NCBI RefSeq assembly: GCF_018350175.1
Contig: NC_058368.1
Location: forward strand, 191,706,001-191,770,000
DNA from: Felis catus
Taxonomy: Eukaryota
Length of the DNA stretch: 64,000 nucleotides
Direction: 5' to 3'
Part shown: positions 23,821 to 37,079 of the stretch, one piece after another
Numbering within the stretch: position 1 is the first letter of the stretch
Layout of the letters: each line of letters opens with the position of its first letter
Position numbers and translations under genes: made by a program
Notes under the pieces: model-generated
Told to the model about the DNA's origin: nothing
Database searches by the model: none
Seen by the model: only the letters and a program-made list of their open reading frames with translations

Positions 23821-24329
23821 CTCAAGAGCAAGAACCTGACTTTCTTTAGTTTGTGCACCTTCCCATTTAACCCTATGACTCAGTGCCCAGGTTTTGTCTG
23901 GTAATTTGAATCTTCGGATACAGGAAGTATTGGTATTTGTGGAGTATTTCCAGCCTTCTGCCTCCTGGGTCATGGTAAGGCTGTACTTTCCTACGCTTTT
24001 TGAAGTTAGGTGTGGCCATGTGCTTTGGTTTAGCCAGTAAAATATGAGTGTAAGTGATGTGCTTAATTTTTAAGGCTAATGGGTGATACACTGTGTTCTC
24101 TTCCCACTATTGGGACAGCCTTGGAAACATAGCCCAGAGGTCACAATGAAGCCCTTGTCTGCCTGGCTTTCTCAGTTGGTGCTCCCTGCTAACTGTATTG
24201 GACATACAATGTTGGTAAATGATTTCCCCATAGTTAGGCAGATCCAAGAGTATGATTATTCTGAAAGCGCAAAAATAGTCCAGAATATTCCAGATTCCAG
24301 AAGAGCATCACATGAAGAATGCAGGGTAC

Positions 24330-24700
24330 CAAATCAAACTTCCTTAATTCAAACCTGGCTCTACTACTTGTCAGTCATATGACCTAAGAAAGTTACTTCT
24401 CTGACCTCCAGTTTTCTCATATGTAAAATGGAATAATAATAGCATCTTCTTCTGACATCAAATGGGATGTAGATAGAGCACTTAGTAAAATGCCTTGCTT
24501 AGTTTTCCAAGCACATTATAATTACTGACTCTTTGTTTACTTCTCCTAACAGCTCTGTGAGATAATTACTATCCCATTGCATGGATGAGGAAACTGAGGC
24601 ACTTAGAAACAAAAAGACTTGTTTAAGCCCACAGAACCAGAAAATGACAGAGGCAGTATCCGAATTCAGGCTGTCTGGCTACAGAGTCCATGCTATTAAC
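24330..24700. mobile_element. Two MIR relics (+ then -)
   Basis: CAGTTTTCTCATATGTAAAATGGAATAATAATAG and ATGAGGAAACTGAGGCACTTAGA. Confidence 0.7.
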
Positions 24701-27700
24701 CATGACACAACTATGATGACGTGATGATGATGACGAAGACAATGTAATTATCCTAAAAATACTATCTGTTGGGTCACATTGAGTTACAGAGAAGTACAGG
24801 GCCCAGACTCTACCCTCAGAGAGTTCACAGTCTATTAAGAAAGATAGGACATGAACTTTAAAAATGCCAAGGCAACATATTATGTGATAAATGCCATAAA
24901 ACAGATAAAGATAAGTGCTTGGCAATTTTATTAAATCTCCCATTTAACCCTCAGTTAACCTGAAAATTCAATTAACCAGAAGCATTACCCATATGTTTCC
25001 ATTAATCATGGTTTTATAGTATCAGTTGAACTCATTTAACCTTAATAAGCAGATGATTGCATATGGATTACAAAGGGATACAGAAGCACAATAACTCAGA
25101 AATTGGCTCCATGGCTAAGTGTTTTCCTAAAAGCAAAGAGAACGTCGCTGAGCCGAAAAGGAGGGGAGAGAACAATGAGCTCCAGCACAACATGGTAACA
25201 AAGGGGAGAAAATGTTGAATTGTGGAAGACTAAGTAGGTCAGAGGAGAAAGAAAAAGCCCTTGGCATTGCTGACGTTATCTGGGTAACGTCTGTCAGAAC
25301 AGATGGCTCTGCTTTTCCAGCAGACAGTGCAAAGGACAGTAGCTGGCAAAGCAAGGTGTGCCTATCTACATAAAATGAATTGTGAGGATGGAGGAGCCAG
25401 CACTTCTTGAGCCCCCCAAGCATGACTATAAGGAACAGTTAAAGAATTTAAATGGCAGTGGGATTTAGGACATGTGCAGAGGAGCCATGGAGATCATGCT
25501 AGTTCCCTGTATAAAATGACCTTCTTTCCTCCCAACCTAGGAAAATCCAACGCATCTTTTAAGGCCCAACTCAAGTGCCCTGAAAACTGTTCCCTAAATG
25601 CTCCAGAAAAAAATCAAGTTGCTCCTTTTTCTATATCCACATGGCTCTTTATTTATGTCTTCTCTATGCCAGTTTTCGCATTGCAATGTATACAATAGGC
25701 TTTTCTAGAAAGGAAAAAACAACAGGGTCTTGACAGGTGTAGACATTTTTGTCACTATCAGTGTGTACCACTGAATGCAAAGGTCTGGAGCTTCTCTCTC
25801 TCCAGACAGCCATGGCCGTCTTCTACTTTTGTGAACTACGTGTCAATGCCTGTGACCTAGTGGTACTCAATGAGTATGTCTCTCACTGTGAAAATTAATT
25901 TTATGGTTTTCCTTCCTCAGCCTTCGCAAATAGTACAAGCAGAAGACTAGGGCCCCCAAACCCAAGTGGAGAAGTGAAGCTTTGCAGTAGAGGTAGAGGG
26001 AGGGAGGGAGGTGAGTAATATTTCACATGAGTAAGACTAATCTTATTGACATGTGACAATAATGAAGCAAAAGTTCATCACATTAAACCAATGTCTTCCA
26101 GTTTGAGAGCATTCCAGGTCACGCCAATAATAGAACTGAAACATACTGCTTGTAGATTTTTTTCTTCCCCAATCTCATTCTTCATAACCTCTTGAACTTC
26201 TACTTTTGCATTTTTATTCACCATGGCAGTCTGTGCATCCCCAACAAGATTTTGAAGCTTGTTTGGCCAAGAGGTCAACTTTACTTGTGTCTCTTGAACG
26301 GGCTTGTAAAGATGACCTTACCGATCAGTTTTCCTAATGGCAACCTAAAAGCTCAGTCAGACCTGTTCTCTCTTTCTAGAGAGCAATGAAGGATTTAAGT
26401 CTGATACAGGAAGCAGACATGAGTTCACCCATCCTTTCCTTAGAATCAAGGATGCAAGGTTATTGTCCACTATGATCACCTCTTTGAGCTCTGCAGCCAC
26501 TACAGTCATTGCCCGCCAGCTATACTTGGAGAAGTTACAATCTCAAAGTTAATTTTAGCAAAGATTAGCAGAGATTAGCGATCTGGGTCCAAGCTTTCTT
26601 TTGTAGATTGGAATCGCTCTCATTTCCCAGCCACCCTCCTGAACGGATGTCATCCAAATAGTACTGGGAATATGTGGTCTTGGAAGACTGGTGAACAATT
26701 AATTCCTGGACTGGCATTTGCCTTCTGAGGTTTGGAGTAGGCTTAGACTGAATGTTGGGGCTAACACCTGAAGCCGGTCAATGATGTCTCTTGCATGTGT
26801 GTTGGTGCAAAGGCGTATGTGCTGGTGACACGAACAACTCCATCTGAAGTTGTTTCTGCTTCCTACGACGCTGTGTTCACCTTCTCATGAAAAGGGTGTT
26901 TATGACCAAGTGTCCATTTCAGCCCATTAAGCACTTAGCAATGTAACTTGATATTTAAGTTGAGACACAATGAGCCTCACATCATATTTCCAGCCGTGGC
27001 AAACAAAATCAAGCGGCAGAAGCACTTGCATATACTATGTGGTTCCAAATTCCAGAAAAAAAAATCTTAAGAAGTTCCTCCATTATTCTCTTCCAATATA
27101 TAACTTTACATGCTCCATATTTTACAATTCCCACTGTCATTATGGGATGGGGGGCTGTGAGCGACTGGACTACCTTTCTCAGGTAGGTGGTTCTGAAGAT
27201 AGGGACTGTCAGTTCTTAAAGAGGATCATAAACTAGAAAAAGTCACTTAGAGATTAAAATATTCATTTTTTTACTCAACCAATATTTATGAGTACTACCA
27301 TATAAGGAGAATCTCACAAGGTCTTATAGTAGGTGTTTGCTTTTATTCTGTGATGCTTACAATGTAGAGGTAGAAATTACCAAATTAATCCTCTTTCTTG
27401 CATTTTCCAGAAGTGAGGCTTAACTTACGTGACTTACCCGAGACCTATGGCCAGAATAGAGTGTAGGCAAAACATTTCATACATAAGAAGAGGTAATCAC
27501 TTGAAATGTGTATTTGGGTACAAGTTATTTCCGATACCAATATTGGCCCAAACTGGGAGTGGTTAAATCTGTCCTCACCACCTTTGTTAACTCCCTTTTA
27601 TACTCTGCTCAATGATCTTCTCCAAAGGGTTTTTTAAATGAAGTGTATTTACTTTATTTATCCCAGGCTCTATGGTGAAGAGTTTAATAGAAGATTATCT

Positions 27701-28235
27701 AAGAAGTAAATAAATACTAATCTATAGAGAAGAATTAAGAGCCCTTGGTTTCCAATTATGGGAAGGGGTATTCTGGTATAGGTAGCATAGTAATTCAAAG
27801 AAGCCCTCCTGCTGAGGACAGTCAGAAAATATGGGCAGAATATAAAGTGTCTGCTTAAAGGCATCAGAGAGGTAGTAAGGTTGTAGAACCTTACAGGGCC
27901 AAGCTGCTGGAAGAAGAAATACAGAGAGGTTAAGTCAGATATTTAGGGCCACATTCGACCTTAAGGCATTTACAGATGGGATTAGACATGAGAGGCTAAG
28001 CAGCACTTTGACAGTCTCCTAGGGAGTGTTTACCCAGAGAACCCAAACAAACTATGGATAAATCATTAGAATTAATAAATGAGAACAGCAAGCCCATGGA
28101 TACAAAGTCAATATTAAAAATGCCAACAATAGACAGAAAATGACATTTAAACAAAATTTAAATTAAAAAATTCCAAATAAATTGGAATCAGTCTAATAAA
28201 ATATATACAAGACCAGTATTCTGGAAATCGTAAAC

Positions 28236-28407
28236 TAGTGATTCTCAAAGTATGGTCCTAGCACCAGCATCATAAGCATCACCTGGGAATTTCTTAGAAA
28301 TGCAAATACTCAGGTCATACCCCAGATGTACTCAAACTCTGGGGTGGGAACCCAGCAATCAGGATTTTAAAAGCCATCTAGGCTGGCTAAAATTTAAGGA
28401 GCTGTGC
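28236..28407 (+). mobile_element. MER5A MITE
   Basis: AGTGATTCTCAAAGTATGGTCC...AGCATCACCTGGGAA...TTAGAAATGCAAAT. Confidence 0.85.
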
Positions 28408-29130
28408 TCAAAAGCATTATTAAGTGAATTTAAGGACGACAAATAAATTGAGAGATATGCCATATTTTTGGATTCAAAGTCTCATGACGTAATGAAGTTA
28501 ATTTTCTATTTGAATTACAGGTTCAAAGGAATTCCAATCAAAATCCCAACTGATGTCTGTGTTTGTAACTTGATAAGCTTATCTAAACATTCATATGGAA
28601 ATACAAAGGGCAGAGAATAGATAAGAACTTTTGAGGAAGCTGGTTTGGGAGGACTTGTTATACTAGATTTCAAGACTTACTATAAAATATCAGGAGTTAA
28701 AACAGTGTGGTTGGACAAAAGAGACAAAAGAGGGCCCAGAAACAGACTTATACTTACAAGAACATTTGACTTATTATAAAGTTTGTACCATAGAGAATTT
28801 TCAATAAATGATTCTGGGTCAGTAGGATAGATATCTACGGAAGGAAATGAAACTTGAACATAACCTCATACCAGAGGCAAACAGGTGATCTAAATATGAA
28901 AGCTCAAACAATAAAACTTCTAGAAAGATAACATAGGAGAATCTCTTTCCCTACCCCAAAGTTGGAAAAGACATCTCAAACAGAACTCAAAAGAAAGAGA
29001 TTGATAAATGTGACTATATTAAGTTAGAGTTTTCTGCTTAAAGGATGCTGTTGAGAGAGTAAAAAGATGAGTAGTAAGTTGAAGACATTGTTTACAGTTT
29101 AACTGGGAAGGATCTCATATTTTGAAAAAA

Positions 29131-29341
29131 TAATAATGATATATATAATATATATGGATATATATTGATATATAGGGATATATATAATGATATATAGATA
29201 TATACGGATATATATATAACGATATATATATGGATATATATGGATATATATAATGATATATATAGATATATATATGGATATATATAACAATATATATATG
29301 GATCCATATATATATGTTTATTATGTGTGTGTGTATATATA

Positions 29342-29394
<53 letters not shown>

Positions 29395-29405
29395 ATATAT
29401 GTATA
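29131..29405. repeat. Compound (TA)n-derived repeat with GATATA/GGATATA units, (TG)n and (TA)n
   Basis: Read directly. Confidence 0.92.
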
Positions 29406-30212
29406 AATCCCTAAGTCAATGACAGCTAATTGAAAAATACACAGATAAATTGAACAGGCACTGGCCAAAAGGGGATGATAAAATGTCCAGTAAGATATGA
29501 CAGTATACTCAGCCTCATTAGTAATCAGGGTAATGCAAATTAATACTACTATGAGAAAACACTATATTGTCTCCAGAGTATCTAAAAATAAATTGAACAA
29601 AAAATAAATAAATAAAAACGAACTGAACATACCAAGTGTTAGAATACAGAGCAGTGGGAACTCTCATATACTGGTGGTGGGAGTTGCAACTGGTGAAAAA
29701 CACTTTGGAAAAGATTGCCAGTGTCCATAAACGCTAAGCACACACCTACCCTGTGATCGAGCATCTTCTCTCTGCAAGTCACCCAAGTCAGATGTTTGTG
29801 CATCTGTACCAAGAGATATGTAGAACAATGACTGCAGCAGCATTATGTATAATAGCTAAAAGTTAGAAACAACCCGAATGTCCATCAACAATAGAATGGA
29901 TAAATACATTGTGATATATCCAAACAACATAGCGTGAAGATAAAGGTACATGTATATCATGGATGAATCTCACAGCCCTAATAATAAACAGAAGAAGACA
30001 CAAATGAATGAAAATATTATTTCATTTAAAAGAAGTTTGAAAACAGCAAAAACTAGCCTGCAACATTTAGGGATGCATAAATAGGTGATAAAAATATAAA
30101 ATATTAGTGTATACCATAAAAGTCAGGACAAGGCTTACCTTTGTGGAAAGAAGATTAAAATTAGGAAGGAATATGGGGGTCCTTATAAAGTGATAGAAAT
30201 GTTCTATTTCTT

Positions 30213-30673
30213 TTTTTTTAATGTTCATTTTTTTTGAGAGAGAGAGACACACACACACACAGAAAGTGTGCATGAGTGGGGGAGGGGCAGAGAGGGAGGG
30301 AGAGAGAGTCCCAAGCAGGCTCCATGCTGTCAGCGCAGAGCTGGATACAGGGCTCAATCACATGAACCATGAGATCACGACCTGAGCCAAAGTCAAGAGT
30401 CAGACACTTGGGGCACTGGGATGGCTCAGTTGGTTAAGCATCCAATTCTTGATTTCGGCTCAGGTCATGATCTCACAGTTCATGGGTTCAAGCCCCATAC
30501 CGGGTTCTGTGCTGATGGTATGGAGCCTGCTTGGGATTTTCTCTCTCCTTCTTTCTCTGGCCCTCCCTCTGCTCACTCTCTGTCTCTCTCTGTTTCTCAA
30601 AAAATAAATAAACTAATAAAAAATTTTTTTAAAAAAGAGTCAGATGCTCAACCAACAGCCACCCAGGTGCCCC
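30213..30673 (-). mobile_element. Can-SINE (outer), interrupted by a nested SINE
   Basis: TSD AGAAATGTTCTATTTCTT (30195-30212/30674-30691). Confidence 0.9.
30410..30634 (+). mobile_element. Can-SINE nested in an antisense SINE
   Basis: TSD AAGAGTCAGACACTT/AAGAGTCAGATGCTC (30395/30635). Confidence 0.9.
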
Positions 30674-30963
30674 AGAAATGTTCTATTTCTTGATGTGGAT
30701 GGCGTTTCCATAGATGGTGCTTTATACTAATTAAGCTGTGTATTTATGTTGTATGACTTTTCTCCATGTGATTTATTTCACAACAAAAAGGTTAACAATA
30801 AAGCCATTGATTTTTAAAATGAATTGTAAGTCATAGTTACTGATTAAATATAATGTGTCAGATATTATACTAAGACCTTTACATTAATTAACTCACTTAA
30901 TCATCAAACAACCCTAGAGGTACAGACTGTTATTATCCTCATTTTAGGGGTAAGAAGATGGAG

Positions 30964-31140
30964 CAGTGGTTCTCAACTTTGGCTGCACATTAGACCACTT
31001 GGGGAACTTTTATAAATCCTGATAGCCTGGCTTTTCTCCAGACCAATTAAGCCAGAACTTCTGGAGGCAGGACAGAAGCATCATTATTTTTTAAAACTTT
31101 TCTTGTATTTCCAAAGTGTAGCCAAGTTTGCAAACCATCA
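30964..31140 (+). mobile_element. MER5B MITE
   Basis: CAGTGGTTCTCAACTTTGGCTGCACATTAGA...CCAGACCAATTAA. Confidence 0.82.
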
Positions 31141-31329
31141 AACAGCATCACAGGAAGATTATATAATTTGTCCACAACCAGAAAGCTTCACCGGAATTCA
31201 AACACAAGTAGTGTAATTCCAGGTCTCCTTCTCTTGACCACTATACCAGACTGCCTCTTGGATGAATGAAATAACATCCCTCCCTCAAGAACCCCACAAT
31301 CCAGTCATGAGAACTACGAGATGTGCAGG

Positions 31330-31910
31330 GAATATGCTCCCCAGAACGACTAGAGCAAGACGTGAGTGTTAGGGTTGGGCCATGTTGCAGGTGAAGCTGA
31401 AAGGACAGATGAGAATCAGGGACGGGGGAAGATCTGTTATGACAAGTGTCTGGGGCTTTATTCTTCTGGAATTGGGGAGTGCTGTGCATCTTGGGGAGGG
31501 CATTCTGACTGCATGGGCAGAGGATGGGGTATGAAGAGGAACAAGACAAGAGGCAGAAGAGGCACCTCAAGGTCAATGGCAATCACCAACAAAAGGGGTG
31601 AAAAGGATCTGAACCGAGTCATTGCAGTAGGAAGGAGCAGGAGAAAGCATTTGTAGAAGTACTTGAAGGGAAGATTGGCATGACTCCATTCCAGTAGGGG
31701 ATGAAAGATAGAGGGGATCTAGGATGACACTGAGGCTGGGGTGGAGGATACCATTAACCTGCATCAAGAGAACAAGAGCAGAGGACTTGGACAGGAAGGT
31801 ATTGAGATCCATTTGGGTTGAGCTGGAGGTGACTACGGGAACTTCAAAAGGCAGCTGGAAAAAAAAAACCCTAAAATTTAAGAGAGAGGTTATGACTTAG
31901 AAATATAGTT
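31330..31910 (-). mobile_element. L2 relic
   Basis: Purine-rich L2-like segment (GGAGGATACCATTAAC...GGCAGCTGGA...GAGAGAGGTT), resuming TTAGACATCATCAACATATGGATG after the SINE. Confidence 0.55.
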
Positions 31911-31913
31911 TTG

Positions 31914-32120
31914 GGGGTACCTGGGTGTCTCAGTCGGTTAAGTGGTTGACTTCAGCTCAGGTTATGATCTCAAGGTTTGTGAGTCTGAGCTCTGAGTTGG
32001 GCTCTGCACTGACAGTGTAGAACCTGCTTGGGAGTCTCTCTCTCTCCCTCTCTTTCTGCCCGTCCCCCTGTCCCTGTCCCTCCCCATTCTAAAAATAAAT
32101 AAACCTTAAAATTAAAAAAA
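31914..32120 (+). mobile_element. Can-SINE
   Basis: GGGGTACCTGGGTGTCTCAGTCGGTTAAG head; AAATAAA tail. Confidence 0.92.
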
Positions 32121-32786
32121 AGTTTTAGACATCATCAACATATGGATGATAGAAAAACTCTGAAAGTGGGTGAGGATGCCTCAGTTATCATTCTCTTAAG
32201 TATATATTCCTATATATACTTTTTGAATATTTATTTTCTAGATCTTCACTACATTCCTACCTCTGAAGTAAGCAGGAAATGATGGCTGGAATGACCCAGT
32301 TCACACCTTGCAAACTGTCTAATTCTTGGATATGCCATTTAATCTTTTGGAATCTCAGTTTTCATGTCTATAAAACTGAGCTAATTATCAAAAACTCTCA
32401 TAATTTTACTTGGAGAATCACTTTATAAGTACAGAAGCTTATGATTATTAATATGGTCATTTTTATAGTAAGAGAGACCAAAGCACAAGGTTAAAAAAAA
32501 AAAAGTCTCGCATCACATAGATAGCATTGGAACTTAGGAACTGAATTTCTAGTCCTGTGCTCTTTCCTTGGATAACTTGTTTCCTAGCCTTCATTCCCCT
32601 ACTCCTGGAAAAAAAAAATTGTAAACAAGAAACAGGTCTTTGAGGAGATACATTTTAATGCTCACCATCACTGTTAGCCCTCATTGGATACTACATGCTT
32701 GGGCACTGTTTTCTTAGTGCCTTATGTGAATTAACTCATTGAATTCTTGCAACAACCCTATAAAATGGGTGCTAGTATAATTCCCA

Positions 32787-32990
32787 TTTTATTTTTATTA
32801 TTATTACTTTTGAGAGAGAGAGAGAACATGCATGTGAGCAAGGGAAGGGCAGAGAGAGAGGGAGAGAACCTTAAGCAGGTCCATACCCAGTGCAGAAACT
32901 GATGTGGGACTTAATCTCATGACTGTGACATCATGACCAGAGCTCAAATCAAGAGTAGATGCTTAACTGACTGAGCCATCCAGGAGCCAC
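32787..32990 (-). mobile_element. Can-SINE within a MIR
   Basis: Reverse body ending CTGAGCCATCCAGGAGCC; MIR continues AAACTGAGGCACTGAGA. Confidence 0.88.
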
Positions 32991-33527
32991 AATAGTTTCC
33001 ACTTTAAAGATAAGCAAACTGAGGCACTGAGATGTCAACTTGCTCAAAATTACACAGCTGATAAATAGCAAAGCCTTGATTCAAACCCAGAGAATCTAAC
33101 TTAAGAGACTACACCCTTAACTACATCTCAAATGGTGGGACTTCGGATGACAAACCAGGGTTGTAAGGCAGAGGGAGATTGTCAGGGATTGTCCAAATCT
33201 CTCAAATGACTCCACAAAGGCAACAGTGTCTGTATGGTCTCTGCAGCTGCAGAAGCTACTGTGTAGGAGACTGATTCCTTGAGGTGTGAAGTTCCTTCAA
33301 TTTAGTCAGAGATCAGTTTGGGTAGAAAAGAGCCTTGAAATCATTAAGGAGAAAAATCCATGACTCAAATGGACAAGAGAAAACATCACAGAGAACTTGC
33401 TCTGAAATATCCTGACTTAGGGCACAGTATTAAAGTAACAGAACTGGGGAGAGGAAGGGCCACAGAAGGAAAAGGCTATTGGCTCCTGAAGGGAGAAGTA
33501 TATCTGAATTTGAAAAGAAGGTATTTG

Positions 33528-33727
33528 TTTTCCTCCTTTCCTTTCCTTTCCTTTCCTTTCCTTTCCTTTCCTTTCCTTTCCTTTCCTTTCCTTTCCTTTC
33601 CTTTCCTTTCCTTTCCTTTCCTTTCCTTTTCCTTTCCTTTTCCTTTCCTTTTCCTTTCCTTTTCCTTCCTTCCTTCCTTCCTTCCTTCCTTCCTTCCTTC
33701 CTTCCTTCCTTCCTTCCTTCCTTCCTT
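33528..33727. repeat. 200-nt pure polypyrimidine (CCTTT)n/(CCTT)n tract
   Basis: Read directly; no purine in the interval. Confidence 0.97.
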
Positions 33728-33856
33728 AGGTTTCATGCCTGGTGTGGAGCCCAATGTGGGGCTTGAGCTTATGACCCTGAAATCAAGAACCTGAGATCAA
33801 GACCTGAACTGAGATCACGAGTTGGATGCTTAACCGACTGAGCAACCCAGCGCCCT
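33728..33856 (-). mobile_element. Can-SINE 5' part whose 3' region is the microsatellite
   Basis: GGATGCTTAACCGACTGAGCAACCCAGCGCCC; TSD AAGAAGGTATTTGTTT/AAGAAGGCATTGTTT. Confidence 0.85.
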
Positions 33857-35272
33857 AAGAAGGCATTGTTTCTTTAGGCAGCCGGGAGGAAATCTAGTGA
33901 CAGAAATATACAGGATTCATATTTTCCTGAGTGTAGGATGCAGTCCCTGGCTGCCCACAGGGTGATGCAGGGCAGTAAGAAGTATCCCATTAGGTGACAC
34001 AGGGATGTTGTTAAGAGTGTGTGGGCACATCCTTAAATAATCTAGGGAGAGAATAATTCAAGTCATTGTTATTTAAATAGGGAGAGAATTATTCTTCTAT
34101 CATTTTCCTTTCCATTCTTCTAATTATTATAAAGTCTTAATTTGATACTAGTATGTTTTTAACAACTCTCTGACACCTATAACCTCCCCTTGCAACAAAG
34201 AAACTTTGGCAGGCAATAGAGTATTTAACTAAAAGTGAATAACATTCTTTCATTTTTATTGTGTTCATTTTTATGTCTGCCTTCTATTTATGTCAACTAT
34301 TTTTTATTGGTGGTAATAAAAGGTTCTTTTCAAAGTAAATTTATGTAAGAAAAATGTAAATGTTTTAAAGAATTATTATATAAAAAGTTATAAAGGTCGT
34401 ATACATGTATGGCAAAATAACTGTGATGATGGTTGCCTCTTTCTCAACCCTTCAAGTGATCCCTATTCTGCCTTGTATCAGTGTTCTGTCCCGCAATGGT
34501 CAGTCCATACTGGTAGCATCATGTCTGTTTTCGGAGATCAGTCTCTAAGAGAGATGGAGACACACTCAAGATGTCTAAAGTGACTAAAGAATGACTAAAA
34601 CAGTGCACAAAACCATTATCACAGCAAAAGAACATGAGTATCATGGAGGCCTCTGCACTAGGGCAGAAGGGCTTCCCTGAAGAACCCAAAGAACTGTCAT
34701 GTCGATGGTAGTTTGTGGGATTTGGTCTTGTCCGCAAAGGATAGACACAGTTCTATCCATCTAGGTGTAGACACTCTCAAGAAACAGGGTTTTTAATTTC
34801 ACAGGTAGAAGGTAGTAGCAAGAGAATAGGCGGAGGGACCGGAAGGTATGCCTGGATTCTAGCCTTCCCACCAATAATTCTTGGTAAATGAGACTGTAGA
34901 CAAGAATTCAGCTCTCTGAGTCTTTGTCATCATGTACAAGATGAGACAGTCAGACTAGGTGAGAGAGAGTGAACAGGTTCACCTCGATAATGATGATTGC
35001 TTAGTATTTGCTGCCTAGAATTCCTTATTTAGAAGAATTTTGAAGCTATGTTCAGGCTTCATGGGAAGACATACTGATTAGTAGCAGCCACGTGGATAAG
35101 AGAGGTGAGTCACCGTATTTCTGATTGCCATGGACCAGATGATCACTATGATTCCTCCCAGCTGTATAACACAATGTTAGCATCACATCGCTTCATTTAA
35201 CTTGCAAATAGGTACACTTCCAAAATCGATTCTTGGTTACACTATCTATCACGTTAAAACATTTTTATTACT

Positions 35273-35488
35273 GGGGCGCCTGGGTGGCTCAGTCGGTTAA
35301 GTGTCCGACTCTTGATTCTGGCTCAGGTCATGATCTCAGGTTCGTGAGATGGACCCCCCACATTGGGCTCTCTGCTGATAGCATGGAACCTGCTTGATAT
35401 TTTCTCTCTCCCTCTCCCTCTCTCTCTGCCTGTCCCTCACTTGGTCTTGCTCTCTCTCTCTCAAAATAAATAAATAAATAACTTAAAA
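35273..35488 (+). mobile_element. Can-SINE
   Basis: GGGGCGCCTGGGTGGCTCAGTCGGTTAAG head, CT tract, tail. Confidence 0.93.
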
Positions 35489-36411
35489 TTTTTTTACTGC
35501 ATTCGTGAGTGTCAATTGTTTATGGATATCAACAATGCCTTTTCTAAAATAATAATAACTTTTCTATTTTTATGGGATTATTATGACAGTCAAAAGTCAT
35601 GGATCCGGTGGCACTATTCAGTGTTCTCAGAAGCAGACTGGTGGATGCCTAGGACCTTTAGGAACTGAAATTAAATAATTGTCCAAAATTAACCTGTCCT
35701 TGAGGTTTTTATAAATGTATTGATTTAGTTGGCCTTCCAGATGAATGAAAGGGAAATTCTTCTCCCTCTACTTTTCTAGGTTTGACCTGCACTTCTCAAG
35801 TGTGCAAAAAGCTTTCATTCATTTCTTCATTTCATAAAGAATGTTTTTAACAAGCATGCCTTCTTGTGAGGGGGATTTCCTCCCCCAGACGGAACTGTGA
35901 TGGTATCTAGTAAATCTGCCTTTACGATGATTATGTGAGTTCCATTTCATTTTATTTCTCTCCTCGTACATAACATGCAGGATAATAGATGATCCAGCAC
36001 TTGAATGCCATGAAAAGATCTAAGGGAGAATGCATTTGTCAAGGGCCACAGTAGACCCTGCCAACTGCTAGTGCTGCTAGATTGTGACCACACTTCATTT
36101 TTCAACAGCATTCTGCTTAATTTACCACGAGTGTCATCTCCCGGGGCTGTCAGCCTGGAAAGATGATGCCCTTGTTGTGTGGGCTTCACAGGTACTACCT
36201 GGTGAGGGGCTGGGGCTGTAGGAAAGAGAGCCGTCATTCATAATTTCCCACTCTATTTAGTTGAGGTGGGCAGATACCTCGGGGGGCTGAGGGAAAAGAA
36301 GACATGAAGCTAAGCAGATGAGCAAGAAAATATCTCAGAAGCATCTGCTGCTGGCTGTGATGTTGCTAGCTACCTATCTTCAGGAAAGGGACTTCTACTT
36401 AAGGTAGAGCT

Positions 36412-36699
36412 CTGTGCTATCTGCATGTGACTGCTGGGCACTTGACATGTGGCTAGTCCAAACTGAGATGTGTTGAGTGTATAAAGTACATACCAGATTT
36501 TGAAGACTCCATTAAATAAAAAAAAGAATGCAATGATTTTTTATGTTGATTGCTGCTGAAATTATCATTTAGTGGATAAACTGGGTTAAATTATGATCAA
36601 AATTAATTTTACTTAGTGGTCTTTACCTTTTTAATGTGTCTGTTAGACAATTTAAAATTACAAACGTGGCTTGCATTATGTTTATATGGGAACTCACTG
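36412..36699 (-). mobile_element. MER33 MITE
   Basis: GCACTTGACATGTGGCTAGTCCAAACTGAGATGTG...TTTAAAATTACAAACGTGGCTTGCATTAT. Confidence 0.82.
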
Positions 36700-37079
36700 C
36701 TCTAGAGTCAGTTGCCAATCCCCAACTCCTTCGCTTTAGAGAGAGAAAAACCAAGAACCCTATTATGTAAGTCGATTGACGGTGACAACATAGCTAATGA
36801 GTGAGGGTTGGGATGAGTCTCCAGATCTCTAATTTCTAGTCTTGACCCCTTTTTTCTTCCACCATCTTCTAAGGAGAAGCACACAATTCTAAGAGTAGGG
36901 ATACGTGGAGATCATTACATATTCAATCCCTTACTCACTGGTGACAGTATAAACTTTCCTGTGCCTCAGTTTCCACTTTGCTAAAAAGTGCAAATGTATC
37001 CCACACAGGTGGTGGGGAAATCAGAGAAATAAAAAAGAACCTTGGAAATCTTAAAGGACAACACAATACTAAGGCAATC

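Larger units (their letters stand above)
28030..30790 (+). mobile_element. Ancient L1M ORF2/3'UTR relic, interrupted by MER5A, a TA-rich repeat and SINEs
   Basis: GGATACAAAGTCAATAT, TAAAACTTCTAGAAGATAACATAGGAGAA, AAACAACCCGAATGTCCATCAACAATAGAATGGATAAAT. Confidence 0.8.

Noticed and set aside
29092..29468. Tyr/Ile-rich ORFs and array-like periodicity
   Set aside because: Degenerate (TA)n microsatellite; no unique spacers, so not CRISPR-like
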